Below are positions 48,888-59,903 of a stretch of DNA of 64,000 nt, one piece after another. A program made the translations under genes and the position numbers. The notes under the pieces are model-generated. The model saw nothing but the letters and a program-made list of their open reading frames with translations, had not been told where the DNA came from and did no database searches. This stretch comes from Gammaproteobacteria bacterium (GTDB lineage: Bacteria; Pseudomonadota; Gammaproteobacteria; JBCCGL01), in NCBI GenBank assembly GCA_965277715.1, contig OZ255836.1, positions 608,001 through 672,000 of the forward strand. The letters are read 5' to 3'. The stretch's first letter is position 1. Every line of letters begins with the position of its first letter.

Positions 48888-49619
48888 ATGTTTAATCTCA
48901 ATGTGTTGTGTGATTTTGCTGGTATGCCTTTGCGGTGTTTGCTGTGGCGTGCCGGGTTATTGTCCATATTATCGCTCGGCGCTGCCTGCTCGCAGATAAT
49001 CCCGGCGGTGGAGCCTGACCCTGACTACGCGGCGACTGATCCACTGCCACCCACACCGGCGCTTGAGTACCAGGGCGGGGCAATTTATCAAGCGGAGACG
49101 GCACAGGCCCTGTTTCGCGACGGGCGCACCTACCGGGTGGGGGATATTCTCACCATCAACCTGGCCGAGAGGACAGACGCCAGAACGCTCTCCTCGACCA
49201 CCACCGCCAAGGACGATACGATTGGGCTAACGGTGGGTAATCTGTTCGGGGTGATACCGACCGATGGCGATCGTGCCATCGGCAATACAACCAGCGCTGC
49301 CGAGCGAAGTTTTACCGGCAGCGGCAACAGCAGCCAGAGTAACAGGCTGACAGGTGATTTGACGGTAATGGTCTCGCAGGTATTGGCCAATGGCAATTTG
49401 ATGGTGCGCGGCGAGAAAATTGTTTCCATCAATCAGGGCACTGAATATATACGCCTCTCAGGTGTTGTGCGCCAAAGTGATATTGCGCCTGACAATACCG
49501 TGTCATCCACCCGGGTTGCCAATGCGCGGGTTTCCTACGGGGGCGGTGGGGCATTGGCCGACGCCAATGCCGCTGGCTGGTTGTCGCGGTTCTTTAGCAG
49601 CGAATTCTGGCCTTTCTGA
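48888..49619 (+). CDS. flgH: Flagellar L-ring protein FlgH
   Basis: Lipobox-like LGAAC, VGDILTI, GWLSRFF..WPF; start may be ATG 48924. Confidence 0.95.
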   Translation: MFNLNVLCDFAGMPLRCLLWRAGLLSILSLGAACSQIIPAVEPDPDYAATDPLPPTPALEYQGGAIYQAETAQALFRDGRTYRVGDILTINLAERTDARTLSSTTTAKDDTIGLTVGNLFGVIPTDGDRAIGNTTSAAERSFTGSGNSSQSNRLTGDLTVMVSQVLANGNLMVRGEKIVSINQGTEYIRLSGVVRQSDIAPDNTVSSTRVANARVSYGGGGALADANAAGWLSRFFSSEFWPF

Positions 49620-50755
49620 TGCCATTATATAGTGCCAAAAACCGGGTATTGCGCCGTTTATTGATGGTTGTTTGCGCCGTGCTGAGCGTGTCACTGGCCG
49701 GGCTTGCCAACGCCGAGCGTATCAAAGACCTCGCCTCTATCGCGGGGGTGCGCAGTAACCAGCTCCTGGGCTATGGCCTGGTGGTCGGCCTTAATGGCAC
49801 GGGTGATTCGGCGGCGCAGACGCGCTTCACTGTGCAGAGCCTGCGCGCTATGTTGTCAAAATACGGTATTTCGATACCGCCGAATGTGACCCCTGGGGTG
49901 GATAATATTGCCGCCGTTATGGTGCACGCCGACCTCCCGGCGTTTGCCAAGCCCGGCCAGCAGATCGATATCACGGCTTCATCGTTGGGGGATGCCGACA
50001 GCCTGCGGGGCGGCACATTGTTGATGACCCCATTAAAAGGGATCGACGGTAAGACCTATGCATTGGCGCAGGGTAACCTGGTCGTCGGTGGCTTTGGTGT
50101 GAATGCGGGTGATGGGTCGAGTATTACCGTCAATGTGCCCAGCGTTGGGCGCATTCCCAATGGCGCCACAGTAGAGCGTGCGGTCCCTAACCCCTTTGCC
50201 GAAGGCGGCTCGATTTTGCTTAATCTGCACACCCCTGATTTCACCACAGCCAAGCACCTAAGCGACCAGATCAATCACGTTATCGGCCCGAATACGGCGC
50301 GTGCCATCGATTCGGTATCGATTGAAGTGGGCGCCCCCGTGGCGACTGATCAACGGGTCGGCTTTGTCTCGTTTCTGGAGAATATGCAGGTGGAGCCGGG
50401 CGAGGCGGCGGCTAAAGTCATCATCAACTCGCGCACGGGCACCATTGTTATTGGCAGTCATGTGCGGGTGGCACCGGCGGCCGTGACCCACGGTAGCCTA
50501 ACCGTGAGTATCACCGCCAATAATACGGTGAGCCAACCGAACCCACTGGCTGAAGGCGAGACCGTCGAGGTGCAAAATAATGATATTGAAGTGGCTCAGG
50601 AGAGTAGCCGCATGTTTCTGTTTGATGCCGGTGTGACACTGAGCGAAATCGTCAGTGCGGTCAATCAGGTGGGGGCCGCTCCCGGTGATCTGGTGGCGAT
50701 TCTGGAGGCCTTAAAGCAGGTCGGTGCACTGCGTGCGCAGTTGATTGTGATTTAA
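49619..50755 (+). CDS. flgI: Flagellar P-ring protein FlgI
   Basis: [23 protein letters not shown]. Confidence 0.97.
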   Translation: MPLYSAKNRVLRRLLMVVCAVLSVSLAGLANAERIKDLASIAGVRSNQLLGYGLVVGLNGTGDSAAQTRFTVQSLRAMLSKYGISIPPNVTPGVDNIAAVMVHADLPAFAKPGQQIDITASSLGDADSLRGGTLLMTPLKGIDGKTYALAQGNLVVGGFGVNAGDGSSITVNVPSVGRIPNGATVERAVPNPFAEGGSILLNLHTPDFTTAKHLSDQINHVIGPNTARAIDSVSIEVGAPVATDQRVGFVSFLENMQVEPGEAAAKVIINSRTGTIVIGSHVRVAPAAVTHGSLTVSITANNTVSQPNPLAEGETVEVQNNDIEVAQESSRMFLFDAGVTLSEIVSAVNQVGAAPGDLVAILEALKQVGALRAQLIVI

Positions 50756-50777
50756 CTCCGGCAATCTGCTGAATGAT

Positions 50778-52058
50778 ATGACCGTCTCAAACGATCTGCC
50801 GCAGTACTACCACGATGTCAAATCCCTGGCACCGCTTAAACGCGCTGCCAGGGAAGACCCACAAGACAGGGAAACGCTGCGCAAAGTAGTGCAACAGTTT
50901 GAAAGTATCTTTATGGCGATGGCGCTGAAAAGTATGCGCGCCGCCTCGCGTGTCTCGGATACGGGTGAGTCGTTGTTCGACAGCAAGCAGACGCTGTTTT
51001 ACCGCGATATGTTCGATCGACAACTCTCGGTAAAGCTGGCCGGTGAAGGGGGTTTGGGTCTGGCTGATTTAATGGTGGAACAGCTCAGCACTATACCGGC
51101 GTTGTCACGCCCCGATCCCTTTGCTAGTGAGCAGGGCGCCCGCTACGGGGGCTTGCCACTGTCTGCGCAGCAGTTGCATACATTGTCACTAGCTGGCCAG
51201 CCGCAACATGCAATGCCACAGAGCCTGGCTATTGCAACAGTGCATACCCCAACAACGCGCACAATCGCGACTGAAACCCAGGGCAATACCGCAGATAATA
51301 TCGCGAAAACACACAGCGCCCGTTCGCAAGTGGCAGCGAAGGTTGAGAGACCACTGCCTGAGCGCCAGATAACCAAGGAGGTGACCAGGGAGGTAGCCAA
51401 AGAGGTTACCAGTGAGCCGCTGGGTCGGGAACAGGTAGCGGAGCAGGTAGGACAGGCATCGACAGAGCAGGTAGCACAGCAGGTGGGACAGGCATCGCCA
51501 GCAGAGCAGGTAGCAGAGCAGGTGGGACGGGCATCGCCAGAGGGCCTATGGCACTCCCCCACAGAATTTGTGCGTGCTATCTGGCCGGGCGCCCAGCAAG
51601 CGGCTAAACAACTGGGGGTTGATCCCAAAGTGCTGGTGGCACAATCGGCACTGGAGACGGGGTGGGGCAGTAAGTTGCCACAACACGCCGATGGGCGCAG
51701 CAGCTTCAATTTGTTTGGTATCAAGGCCGGGAGTGACTGGCACGGTGAGCGTGTGACGGTCAATACGCTGGAATTTGAGGGCGACCGTTTTGTCACGCAG
51801 AAAAGTGCCTTTCGCGCCTACGCGTCGGTGGCCGATGCAATGGCCGATTACACCGATTTTTTGCACAGCCGCGAGCGCTATGCCGATGCCTTGAAAAATG
51901 CCGGTAGCCCGGAAAAATATACACATGCTCTGCAAAAAGCGGGTTACGCGACTGACCCCGTATACGCGGATAAAATACTGCGCGTCATGCAAAGCCAACC
52001 CATCAGGGAAGGCGTGGCAAAATGGGGCGCGATACCTCAGAAAATGGATGGTCTGTAG
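50778..52058 (+). CDS. flgJ: Flagellar rod assembly protein / peptidoglycan hydrolase FlgJ
   Basis: QFESIF..KSMR rod-binding domain; AQSALETGWG, NLFGIKA, GYATDP. Confidence 0.96.
   Translation: MTVSNDLPQYYHDVKSLAPLKRAAREDPQDRETLRKVVQQFESIFMAMALKSMRAASRVSDTGESLFDSKQTLFYRDMFDRQLSVKLAGEGGLGLADLMVEQLSTIPALSRPDPFASEQGARYGGLPLSAQQLHTLSLAGQPQHAMPQSLAIATVHTPTTRTIATETQGNTADNIAKTHSARSQVAAKVERPLPERQITKEVTREVAKEVTSEPLGREQVAEQVGQASTEQVAQQVGQASPAEQVAEQVGRASPEGLWHSPTEFVRAIWPGAQQAAKQLGVDPKVLVAQSALETGWGSKLPQHADGRSSFNLFGIKAGSDWHGERVTVNTLEFEGDRFVTQKSAFRAYASVADAMADYTDFLHSRERYADALKNAGSPEKYTHALQKAGYATDPVYADKILRVMQSQPIREGVAKWGAIPQKMDGL
51429..51540 (+). repeat. Three 36-39 bp coding repeats in the FlgJ linker
   Basis: EQVAEQVGQAST / EQVAQQVGQASPA / EQVAEQVGRASP. 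Confidence 0.85.
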
Positions 52059-52070
52059 GGGCTGCGCGCT

Positions 52071-53966
52071 ATGTCAGATCTACTCAACACAGCGGTAAGC
52101 GGCCTGTTCGTGGCCCAACAGCAACTGGCCACTACCAGCCACAATATTTCCAATATTGGCACTGACGGTTATAGCCGCCAGCGCGTCGAGCTACAGGCCC
52201 AAACCCTCCGATTAAACAACCGCTTCAATATTGGTAACGGTGTTCTCACCAGTGATATTAACCGTATCCACGATGCGTTCACCACGACCCAGCTACGTGA
52301 TGTCACCTCCGAGCAAAGTCGGCTGAATACCTTTCACCAGCTCGCCAGTGTCGTCGATGATCTGCTTGCCGACCCACAGGGTGGCATTACCCCGATACTG
52401 CAAAACTTCTTTTCCGGCGTACAGGATTTAGCCAATGACCCGAATTCAGCGGCGGCCCGTATCGCACTGCTGGACCAGGCCGGTGCACTGACCGCACGGT
52501 TTGCCTATATGGACAGGCACCTCAATACGCTACAGAGCGATCTGAGCAGTCGCGCCACTGCCACAGTCAATGAGATTAATCGGCTGTCCGGGGCATTATT
52601 TGCCACCAATCAGGATATCCTCGCCGCTCGTGGCAATACTTCAGGCCCACCCCCGGATCTACTCGATCGGCGCGATACCCTATTGCGTGAACTGAGCGAG
52701 CGGGTTTCGATACAGGCGGTCGAAGTGGCCGGTGGTGCGGTCAATGTCTTTGTTGGCCAGGGGCAAGCCCTGTTAACCGAGGGTGTGAACAATACCCTGA
52801 GTACTTCGCTGGACCCCAGTGACCCCAGCGTGTTGCGCATTGCGGTCAATAGTGGCACTCGCCTGGTCGATGTGACCGGCAGTATTGCAGGGGGCGAGCT
52901 GGGGGGTATCTTCAATTTTCGCAATACTGTGATCGATGGTGTGCGCAATGGCCTGGGTCGCGTTGCTGTGGGGCTGGCCACGCTGTTTAATCAACAACAC
53001 CAGGCAGGTCTCGATCAAAATGGGGCGTTAGGGGGGAATTTCTTTTCGCTCGGTACGCCCTCTGTTCTCACCAATGCGGGTAATACGGGCACTGCCACTG
53101 CCAGCGCACAGATTAGTAATGTCAACCTGTTAACGACAAACAACTACACCTTGCGGTTTGATGGCAGTAACTGGACACTGGCCAGTGCAAACGCCAGCAG
53201 CAGTGTGGTGGGCGCGGGGCCAACGCTGGCACTGGATGGCCTGAGCGTCACACTGGCCGGTGGTGCTGCGGTGGCGGGGGATAGCTTTTTAATTAAACCC
53301 ACGCTCGGCGCGGCGGGTAGCCTCGGCGTGGCTATTTCACGCCCGGAGGCGATTGCCACGGGGTTGCCGATTCGCAGCGCCGCCTCATTGGCCAATACGG
53401 GCAGCGGTGATATCAGTACAGGCACCGTCGTCACTGCGGGCAATGCCAATTTACGCGACCCGGTAACCCTGCAGTTCAATACCCCCCCGACCACCTTCAA
53501 TATTCTCAATAGCACCACAGGTGCCGTTCTGGCGGCGGCACAGCCCTACACCACAGGGGCGAACATTGCCTTTAATGGTTGGCAGGTGCAGATTAGCGGC
53601 ACGCCATCGGCAAATGACCGGTTTAGCATTGAGGCGAACACCGCCGGGGTGTCAGATAATAACAATGTATTGGCCCTGGCCAATTTACAAAATACCGGCG
53701 TCTTTGATGCCGGTGGCACTAATCTTCAGGAAGCCTATAGCGAAGTGGTGGCGGATGTGGGGTCGCAAACCCGCTTTGCCGATATCAACCGCAGCGCCCA
53801 AACGGTGTTACAGCAGACCCTTAATGACCGGCGTGAATCTATTTCCGGGGTTAATCTCGACGAAGAGGCCGCCGACCTGGTGCGGTTTCAGCAGGCTTAC
53901 CAGGCGGCGGCGCGTGCTATCAGTACCGCCCAGGAAATTTTCCAAACCCTGATCGGTTCCTTCTGA
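52071..53966 (+). CDS. flgK: Flagellar hook-associated protein FlgK
   Basis: HNISNIGTDGYSRQ, SGVNLDEEAADL. Confidence 0.96.
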   Translation: MSDLLNTAVSGLFVAQQQLATTSHNISNIGTDGYSRQRVELQAQTLRLNNRFNIGNGVLTSDINRIHDAFTTTQLRDVTSEQSRLNTFHQLASVVDDLLADPQGGITPILQNFFSGVQDLANDPNSAAARIALLDQAGALTARFAYMDRHLNTLQSDLSSRATATVNEINRLSGALFATNQDILAARGNTSGPPPDLLDRRDTLLRELSERVSIQAVEVAGGAVNVFVGQGQALLTEGVNNTLSTSLDPSDPSVLRIAVNSGTRLVDVTGSIAGGELGGIFNFRNTVIDGVRNGLGRVAVGLATLFNQQHQAGLDQNGALGGNFFSLGTPSVLTNAGNTGTATASAQISNVNLLTTNNYTLRFDGSNWTLASANASSSVVGAGPTLALDGLSVTLAGGAAVAGDSFLIKPTLGAAGSLGVAISRPEAIATGLPIRSAASLANTGSGDISTGTVVTAGNANLRDPVTLQFNTPPTTFNILNSTTGAVLAAAQPYTTGANIAFNGWQVQISGTPSANDRFSIEANTAGVSDNNNVLALANLQNTGVFDAGGTNLQEAYSEVVADVGSQTRFADINRSAQTVLQQTLNDRRESISGVNLDEEAADLVRFQQAYQAAARAISTAQEIFQTLIGSF

Positions 53967-55174
53967 TGCGTGTATCCACCGCGCAGATATACGCACAAGG
54001 GCTACGCGGATTTCAAACCCAGCAGACGAATATTGCGCGGTTACAACTGCAGTTATCCTCGGGTGAAAAGCACCTGCGCCCCTCAGATGACCCGACAGAG
54101 GTGGCGCGCAGCCTGGAATTGGACCAAATCGTCTCGCGCACCACTCAGTACCTGGACAACACCAATGCCGCCGAGAGCCGTCTGCAACTGGAGGAGAGTA
54201 CCCTGGCCAGCGTCAACAATAGCCTCATCCGTGTGCGTGAGCTGGCCGTGCAGGGGGCCTCGACGATTCTCCCACAGGACGCCCGTCAGGCGCTGGTCAT
54301 TGAACTGCGCGAGCGCGTCAGCGAGTTATTTTCACTGGCTAACAGCGTCGACCCCCAGGGGGACTACCTGTTTGCCGGTAACCAGGGCAACAGCCTGCCG
54401 CTGACCCAACGCAGTGTGAGTGGCTACACATTGACCGAGTTTGTCGGTGATCAGGGGAGCCGACGCGTACAGGTGAGTGAATCCGATCAAATCGAAACCG
54501 GTGATTCCGGTAGCGATGTCTTTTTTAAAATCCCCAGCAGCTATGCCGCGCACGCCGTTGCCGAGTTGAGCAATACCGGCAGTGGGCAGGTTGCACCGGT
54601 ATTTCGCAGTGGCGCGGCGCCCGTCACGGGCAACAACTACCGTATCGACTTCACCTCGGCCACTACCTTCAACATCGTCAATGAAACCACCGCTGCCACC
54701 GTCAGCAGTGGCTTGACGTATACGAGTGGTCAATCGATCGAATTCGAGGGCTTGCGCACCACCCTCACCGGCACCCCGGCCAGTGGCGATGTATTTCGTG
54801 TGCGCAATGGGCAATACCAGGATGTCTTTACCACACTGAACAAAATGATCCTGGCGCTGGAAAATGGCGCAGCGACAGAAGCGGATCGGAATAGGCTCAC
54901 TACCTCCATGCAACAATCGATAGACGACATTGATAATGCCCTAACGCATGTGAATACCTTTCGCACACGGATTGGCGGTCGCATCAACATCATCGATGCC
55001 CACCGCGAACAAAGTGAGGCGTACCTGGTTGATGCGCGCTCGGCTATCTCATTATTACGTGATGTCGACTACGCTGAGGCGGTGACCACTTTGCAGCAAA
55101 ATACCCTGTCGCTACAGGCGGCCCAGGCGGCTTTTGCGCGGCTTGAGGGGAATAGTCTGTTTAATTTTTTGTAA
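53966..55174 (+). CDS. flgL: Flagellar hook-associated protein FlgL
   Basis: MRVST, PSDDP, YLFAG, SLFNFL. Confidence 0.96.
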   Translation: MRVSTAQIYAQGLRGFQTQQTNIARLQLQLSSGEKHLRPSDDPTEVARSLELDQIVSRTTQYLDNTNAAESRLQLEESTLASVNNSLIRVRELAVQGASTILPQDARQALVIELRERVSELFSLANSVDPQGDYLFAGNQGNSLPLTQRSVSGYTLTEFVGDQGSRRVQVSESDQIETGDSGSDVFFKIPSSYAAHAVAELSNTGSGQVAPVFRSGAAPVTGNNYRIDFTSATTFNIVNETTAATVSSGLTYTSGQSIEFEGLRTTLTGTPASGDVFRVRNGQYQDVFTTLNKMILALENGAATEADRNRLTTSMQQSIDDIDNALTHVNTFRTRIGGRINIIDAHREQSEAYLVDARSAISLLRDVDYAEAVTTLQQNTLSLQAAQAAFARLEGNSLFNFL

Positions 55175-55267
55175 GGCGCGGTTGAGTGTTTACCCTGTGA
55201 TTCGACCGCTTTTCCTCTTTCTGTAAACGCGCTGAGACACTCTCTGTGTTGCCGATTAAATTTTCAC

Positions 55268-55294
55268 TCAAGCTCCGCGTGTGTTGGCCGTTAT
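55268..55294 (+). promoter_or_regulatory. Putative sigma28 promoter of the diguanylate cyclase gene
   Basis: TCAA-N15-GCCGTTAT. Confidence 0.6.
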
Positions 55295-55336
55295 CCGGGT
55301 GTTGCCAAGAAACAAATTCTTTGCCAGGGAAACACT

Positions 55337-56899
55337 ATGACCGTTAGCCAATTTATGTCGAAAAAAGATGAGCAACCCAAAAAACAACAGCCCATCACGT
55401 CAAAAGCAAAACAGTCAATCGCCAAAAAGCCAACCGGTGAGGCATTTGCTAACAACCGGTTTCAAACGATTGCACAGCGGGCGCCTGTGCTGTTATGGAC
55501 GTGTGATAAGCAAGGGGAATTGACGTTTACCAATGATAAATGGAAGGCGTTTCTCGGGGTAAGCAGTCGCCGTAAACTGCGCGATCAATGGCTGGCGGCT
55601 ATCCACCATGAGGATCGGGAGGTTTATACCGAGGCGATAAGCTGGTGTTTGTTAGGGCAGCGCTCAATGGATGTTGAGTACCGTATTACCCGCAGTGATG
55701 GTGAGATACGCTGGCTGAGCGATTCTGCAGAAGCGCTGGCGGATGCACAGGGGCGATTTACCGGGTTGATTGGCACGATGGTGGATATTACCGATAACCG
55801 CCGACACCTTGCCACCCTGCGCCACTCGAATGAAGAGGCGAGGGCACACGAACGTGAAAATAGGCTGATCGATAAGATGAACAGCTATTTACAGGTGTCC
55901 CTCTCAATGAGAGAAACTTACCCCGTGATGGATTATTACCTGCAGCGGGTATTTACAGGGTGTTCCGGCGCGCTGTATTTATTTAACGAAAACAAAACTG
56001 TTGTGGAGCCTGTGGTTAGCTGGGGGGTGGCAGAAAGTGTCAGTTATGTGCTCGACCCCAGTGCCAGCTGGGCATTGCGCAAGGGTAAAGTGCATGAGGT
56101 GATTGAAGCCGGGCACGGTATGTTGTGTGATTTTCTCGATGAGCATCCCCCTCATGGATATATTTGTGTGCCGGTGATTGCCCAGGGGGACATGATCGGT
56201 ATGCTGCATATTCAATATGCGCAGGTGCCGACCGATTTTACGGCGGATGAAGTCGAGCATCACTATAACGCCAGGCGCAGGTTGGCGATCATTACGGCTG
56301 ATAATCTCGCTCTGGCACTGGTCAGTTTGAAATTGCGTGAGGCGTTAAAGCAGCAGTCGGTAAAAGATCCTTTAACGCAGCTTTATAATCGGCGTTATAT
56401 GTCTGATTCACTGGAGCGTGAGTTTGCCCGTTGTCGGCGGGCGAGTTGGGAGTTGAGTGTTATCCTTATCGATATCGATCATTTTAAGCGCTATAACGAT
56501 GAATTTGGGCACGATGCCGGTGATTTGGTGTTAAAGGAGCTGGCGGAGTTTATTCGCTGCCATATGCGCGCTGAGGATATTGCCTGCCGTTTTGGTGGAG
56601 AGGAGTTTTTGCTGTTGTTGCCAGGGGCGGCGCTCGATGAAGCGAAGAAGCGCGCAGAGCAGTTGCGCGAGGGTGTCAAGCAGTTGAATATTCGTTATCA
56701 GGGGGCGCGGTTGAATAATATTGCTATTTCTGCTGGCGTTGCGGCGTGTCCGGCTAATGGTGAAAATGAGACGGCTTTGTTTAAAGCGTCAGATCGTGCG
56801 CTTTATCTGGCCAAGCAGAATGGCCGGGATAAGGTGTGTGTTGCGGTGACTACTGCGCGCAGTGGTGAAGGTGATGTGGTGCATTCGGTGGTGAATTGA
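55337..56899 (+). CDS. PAS-GAF-GGDEF diguanylate cyclase
   Basis: PAS (IHHEDR, EYRI), GAF-like region, DPLT, DIDHFK, RAED I-site, RFGGEEF. Confidence 0.93.
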   Translation: MTVSQFMSKKDEQPKKQQPITSKAKQSIAKKPTGEAFANNRFQTIAQRAPVLLWTCDKQGELTFTNDKWKAFLGVSSRRKLRDQWLAAIHHEDREVYTEAISWCLLGQRSMDVEYRITRSDGEIRWLSDSAEALADAQGRFTGLIGTMVDITDNRRHLATLRHSNEEARAHERENRLIDKMNSYLQVSLSMRETYPVMDYYLQRVFTGCSGALYLFNENKTVVEPVVSWGVAESVSYVLDPSASWALRKGKVHEVIEAGHGMLCDFLDEHPPHGYICVPVIAQGDMIGMLHIQYAQVPTDFTADEVEHHYNARRRLAIITADNLALALVSLKLREALKQQSVKDPLTQLYNRRYMSDSLEREFARCRRASWELSVILIDIDHFKRYNDEFGHDAGDLVLKELAEFIRCHMRAEDIACRFGGEEFLLLLPGAALDEAKKRAEQLREGVKQLNIRYQGARLNNIAISAGVAACPANGENETALFKASDRALYLAKQNGRDKVCVAVTTARSGEGDVVHSVVN

Positions 56900-56991
56900 T
56901 CTGGTGGGATATTTGGTTTGTTGTATGTGGGTAGCGCAGGGTGTTGTTTGTTTGCGCTTCGAGGTTTATGTTTAACTGATTGTTCCGTCAA

Positions 56992-57008
56992 CCTAAATTC
57001 CGTAGTTG
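56992..57008. repeat. Copy of the MITE terminal repeat next to the slyX stop codon
   Basis: CCTAAATTCCGTAGTTG, 16/17 identical to 17302-17318. Confidence 0.6.
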
Positions 57009-57224
57009 TCAATAGTGCGGGGGCGGTTGGTTGTCGCTGTCGGTTTGTTCGCTCAGGCGCTGCATGTGGGTTTTTGCCTGGTGGAGTTGTTGCGTTAGGG
57101 TGTCTATTGCCGCTTGTTGGTTGATGATGACCTGGCTCATTTCTTCATTGGCCTGTTCCAATAAAGTTATTTTTATTTCCATTTCATCGGTACGCCGACT
57201 TAATTCAGTTATTTTTTGGGTCAT
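57009..57224 (-). CDS. slyX: SlyX family protein
   Basis: Coiled coil ending in PPPHY. Confidence 0.9.
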   Translation of the reverse strand: MTQKITELSRRTDEMEIKITLLEQANEEMSQVIINQQAAIDTLTQQLHQAKTHMQRLSEQTDSDNQPPPHY

Positions 57225-57311
57225 CTGCGCTTTTAGGTTTATGTGTGTTTTAGTGGTGCAGCCGATCTCTAACGCTGCATTACCGGGAATGATCGTGTTC
57301 CGGCACGCTCT

Positions 57312-57797
57312 TTAGTTGATACGGTAACGTCGGCGTATGCCACGCAAAATAATAAATGCCCAGGGCCACAGTAGTAAGCACATTAGTGAGGGCACGTAGT
57401 AGAGTATGAGGTTGTCAGGCAGTTGACCAATAATGCCGTAAACCCACAGTACCAGTGTTTGCTTTACCAATAATAATACGCTGATTATGACCGCTTGCTG
57501 TCCCAGTGGGGATAGGCGGATTTGTTTGTGGGTGCGGTTGGCGATGTACACGACAACGCATAACCCCACCGCGTGTTGGCCGAGCAGTGAGCCTTGTGCG
57601 ACGTCCAGGATCAACCCGATCATCCAGGCGTTGCCGAGGCCAAATGTGCGTGGCATCGCCAGACACCAGTAGAGGGCGACCATACTTACCCATTCTGGCC
57701 GCATGGGTTTGGCCCATTCTGGCAGTGGTAAAACAACCAATATAAAGGCGACCAGAAAGGTAGTAGGAATGACCCAGATATTGCGTATGTGGATCAC
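57312..57797 (-). CDS. mreD: Rod shape-determining protein MreD
   Basis: RPEW, YWCLAMP, GSLLGQHA, LLWPW. Confidence 0.95.
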   Translation of the reverse strand: MIHIRNIWVIPTTFLVAFILVVLPLPEWAKPMRPEWVSMVALYWCLAMPRTFGLGNAWMIGLILDVAQGSLLGQHAVGLCVVVYIANRTHKQIRLSPLGQQAVIISVLLLVKQTLVLWVYGIIGQLPDNLILYYVPSLMCLLLWPWAFIILRGIRRRYRIN

Positions 57798-58696
57798 GGT
57801 TTGGCGCCTCCATTGCCTGCGTCTGTTATTGCGTCTGTTGTTTCATCCGTTGCAGTGTCAGGTTTGCTCTGTGGCTGGTTGTGCCATACCAGTAACACTT
57901 CCCGGCTACGGTTAAGTTGGGCGGCGGGGCGTGCGTAGACTTGTGCGAATGATTTGCCGGGCGGTTGTTCGACTGAAATGATATGCGCCACAGGGTAATC
58001 TGCCGGGAAGCGACCACCAAGCCCGGAGGTGACGAGGGTGTCACCCGGCTGAATATCGGCGCTGGATGGGATATGGAGTAATGCCACGGCATCGGTTTTG
58101 CCCAGGCCTGCAATGACACTGCGCAAGCCGTTGCGCACCACTTCCACCGGCACGGCGTGGTCGGGGTCTGATATCAGTAAGGCGGTAGCATTATAGGCGG
58201 ATGTGTGTATAACCTGCCCCATGATGCCGTTTGCATCGATCAAAGGCTGGCCGATATAAACGTTGTCGGTGGTGCCTTTATTGATCACAATCTGTTGTCT
58301 GTAGGGGTCGAGGTCGACGGCGATTTGCTCTGCTACCAGTACATTTTCCTGTACGCGTGCCGAGGAGCCAAGCAGGGCGCGCAGGTGTGTGTTTTCGGTT
58401 GTCAGTGATTCCAGTTTTTGCTGCTTGGCCTGCATCGTTAACAGCGTGGATTTGAGGGCGGCATTTTCTGCCAGCAGTTGTTTGCGTTCGGTAAACGCCT
58501 GGTAACTCCAGCCCACTAGCTGCGCTGGCAGGTTAACCGCGTACTGGATGGGGTAAATAGCGTTGGCGATGTAGGAACGCACGACCTCAAGGTGGCTGAA
58601 GCGGTGGTCTACGGTCATCACCACGATAGAGGCGACGATAAAAATGATTAGCCGAAAGGATGCCGCCGCTTCATGTTGAAAAAGTGGCTGCTGCAT
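57794..58696 (-). CDS. mreC: Rod shape-determining protein MreC
   Basis: ENTHLRALL, INKG, LVTSGLGGRFP. Confidence 0.96.
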   Translation of the reverse strand: MQQPLFQHEAAASFRLIIFIVASIVVMTVDHRFSHLEVVRSYIANAIYPIQYAVNLPAQLVGWSYQAFTERKQLLAENAALKSTLLTMQAKQQKLESLTTENTHLRALLGSSARVQENVLVAEQIAVDLDPYRQQIVINKGTTDNVYIGQPLIDANGIMGQVIHTSAYNATALLISDPDHAVPVEVVRNGLRSVIAGLGKTDAVALLHIPSSADIQPGDTLVTSGLGGRFPADYPVAHIISVEQPPGKSFAQVYARPAAQLNRSREVLLVWHNQPQSKPDTATDETTDAITDAGNGGAKP

Positions 58697-58749
58697 TCAG
58701 GCCGGATTCATTGCGTATTTTCGCAGATAACGGTGGCGCTGCCGGTTGC

Positions 58750-59865
<1,116 letters not shown>

Positions 59866-59903
59866 TTATAGTTGTTTGTCATAGGGATGTATACCTCTTT
59901 AAT

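Noticed and set aside
51429-51540. CRISPR-like repeats
   Set aside because: In-frame coding repeats without unique spacers; no cas genes
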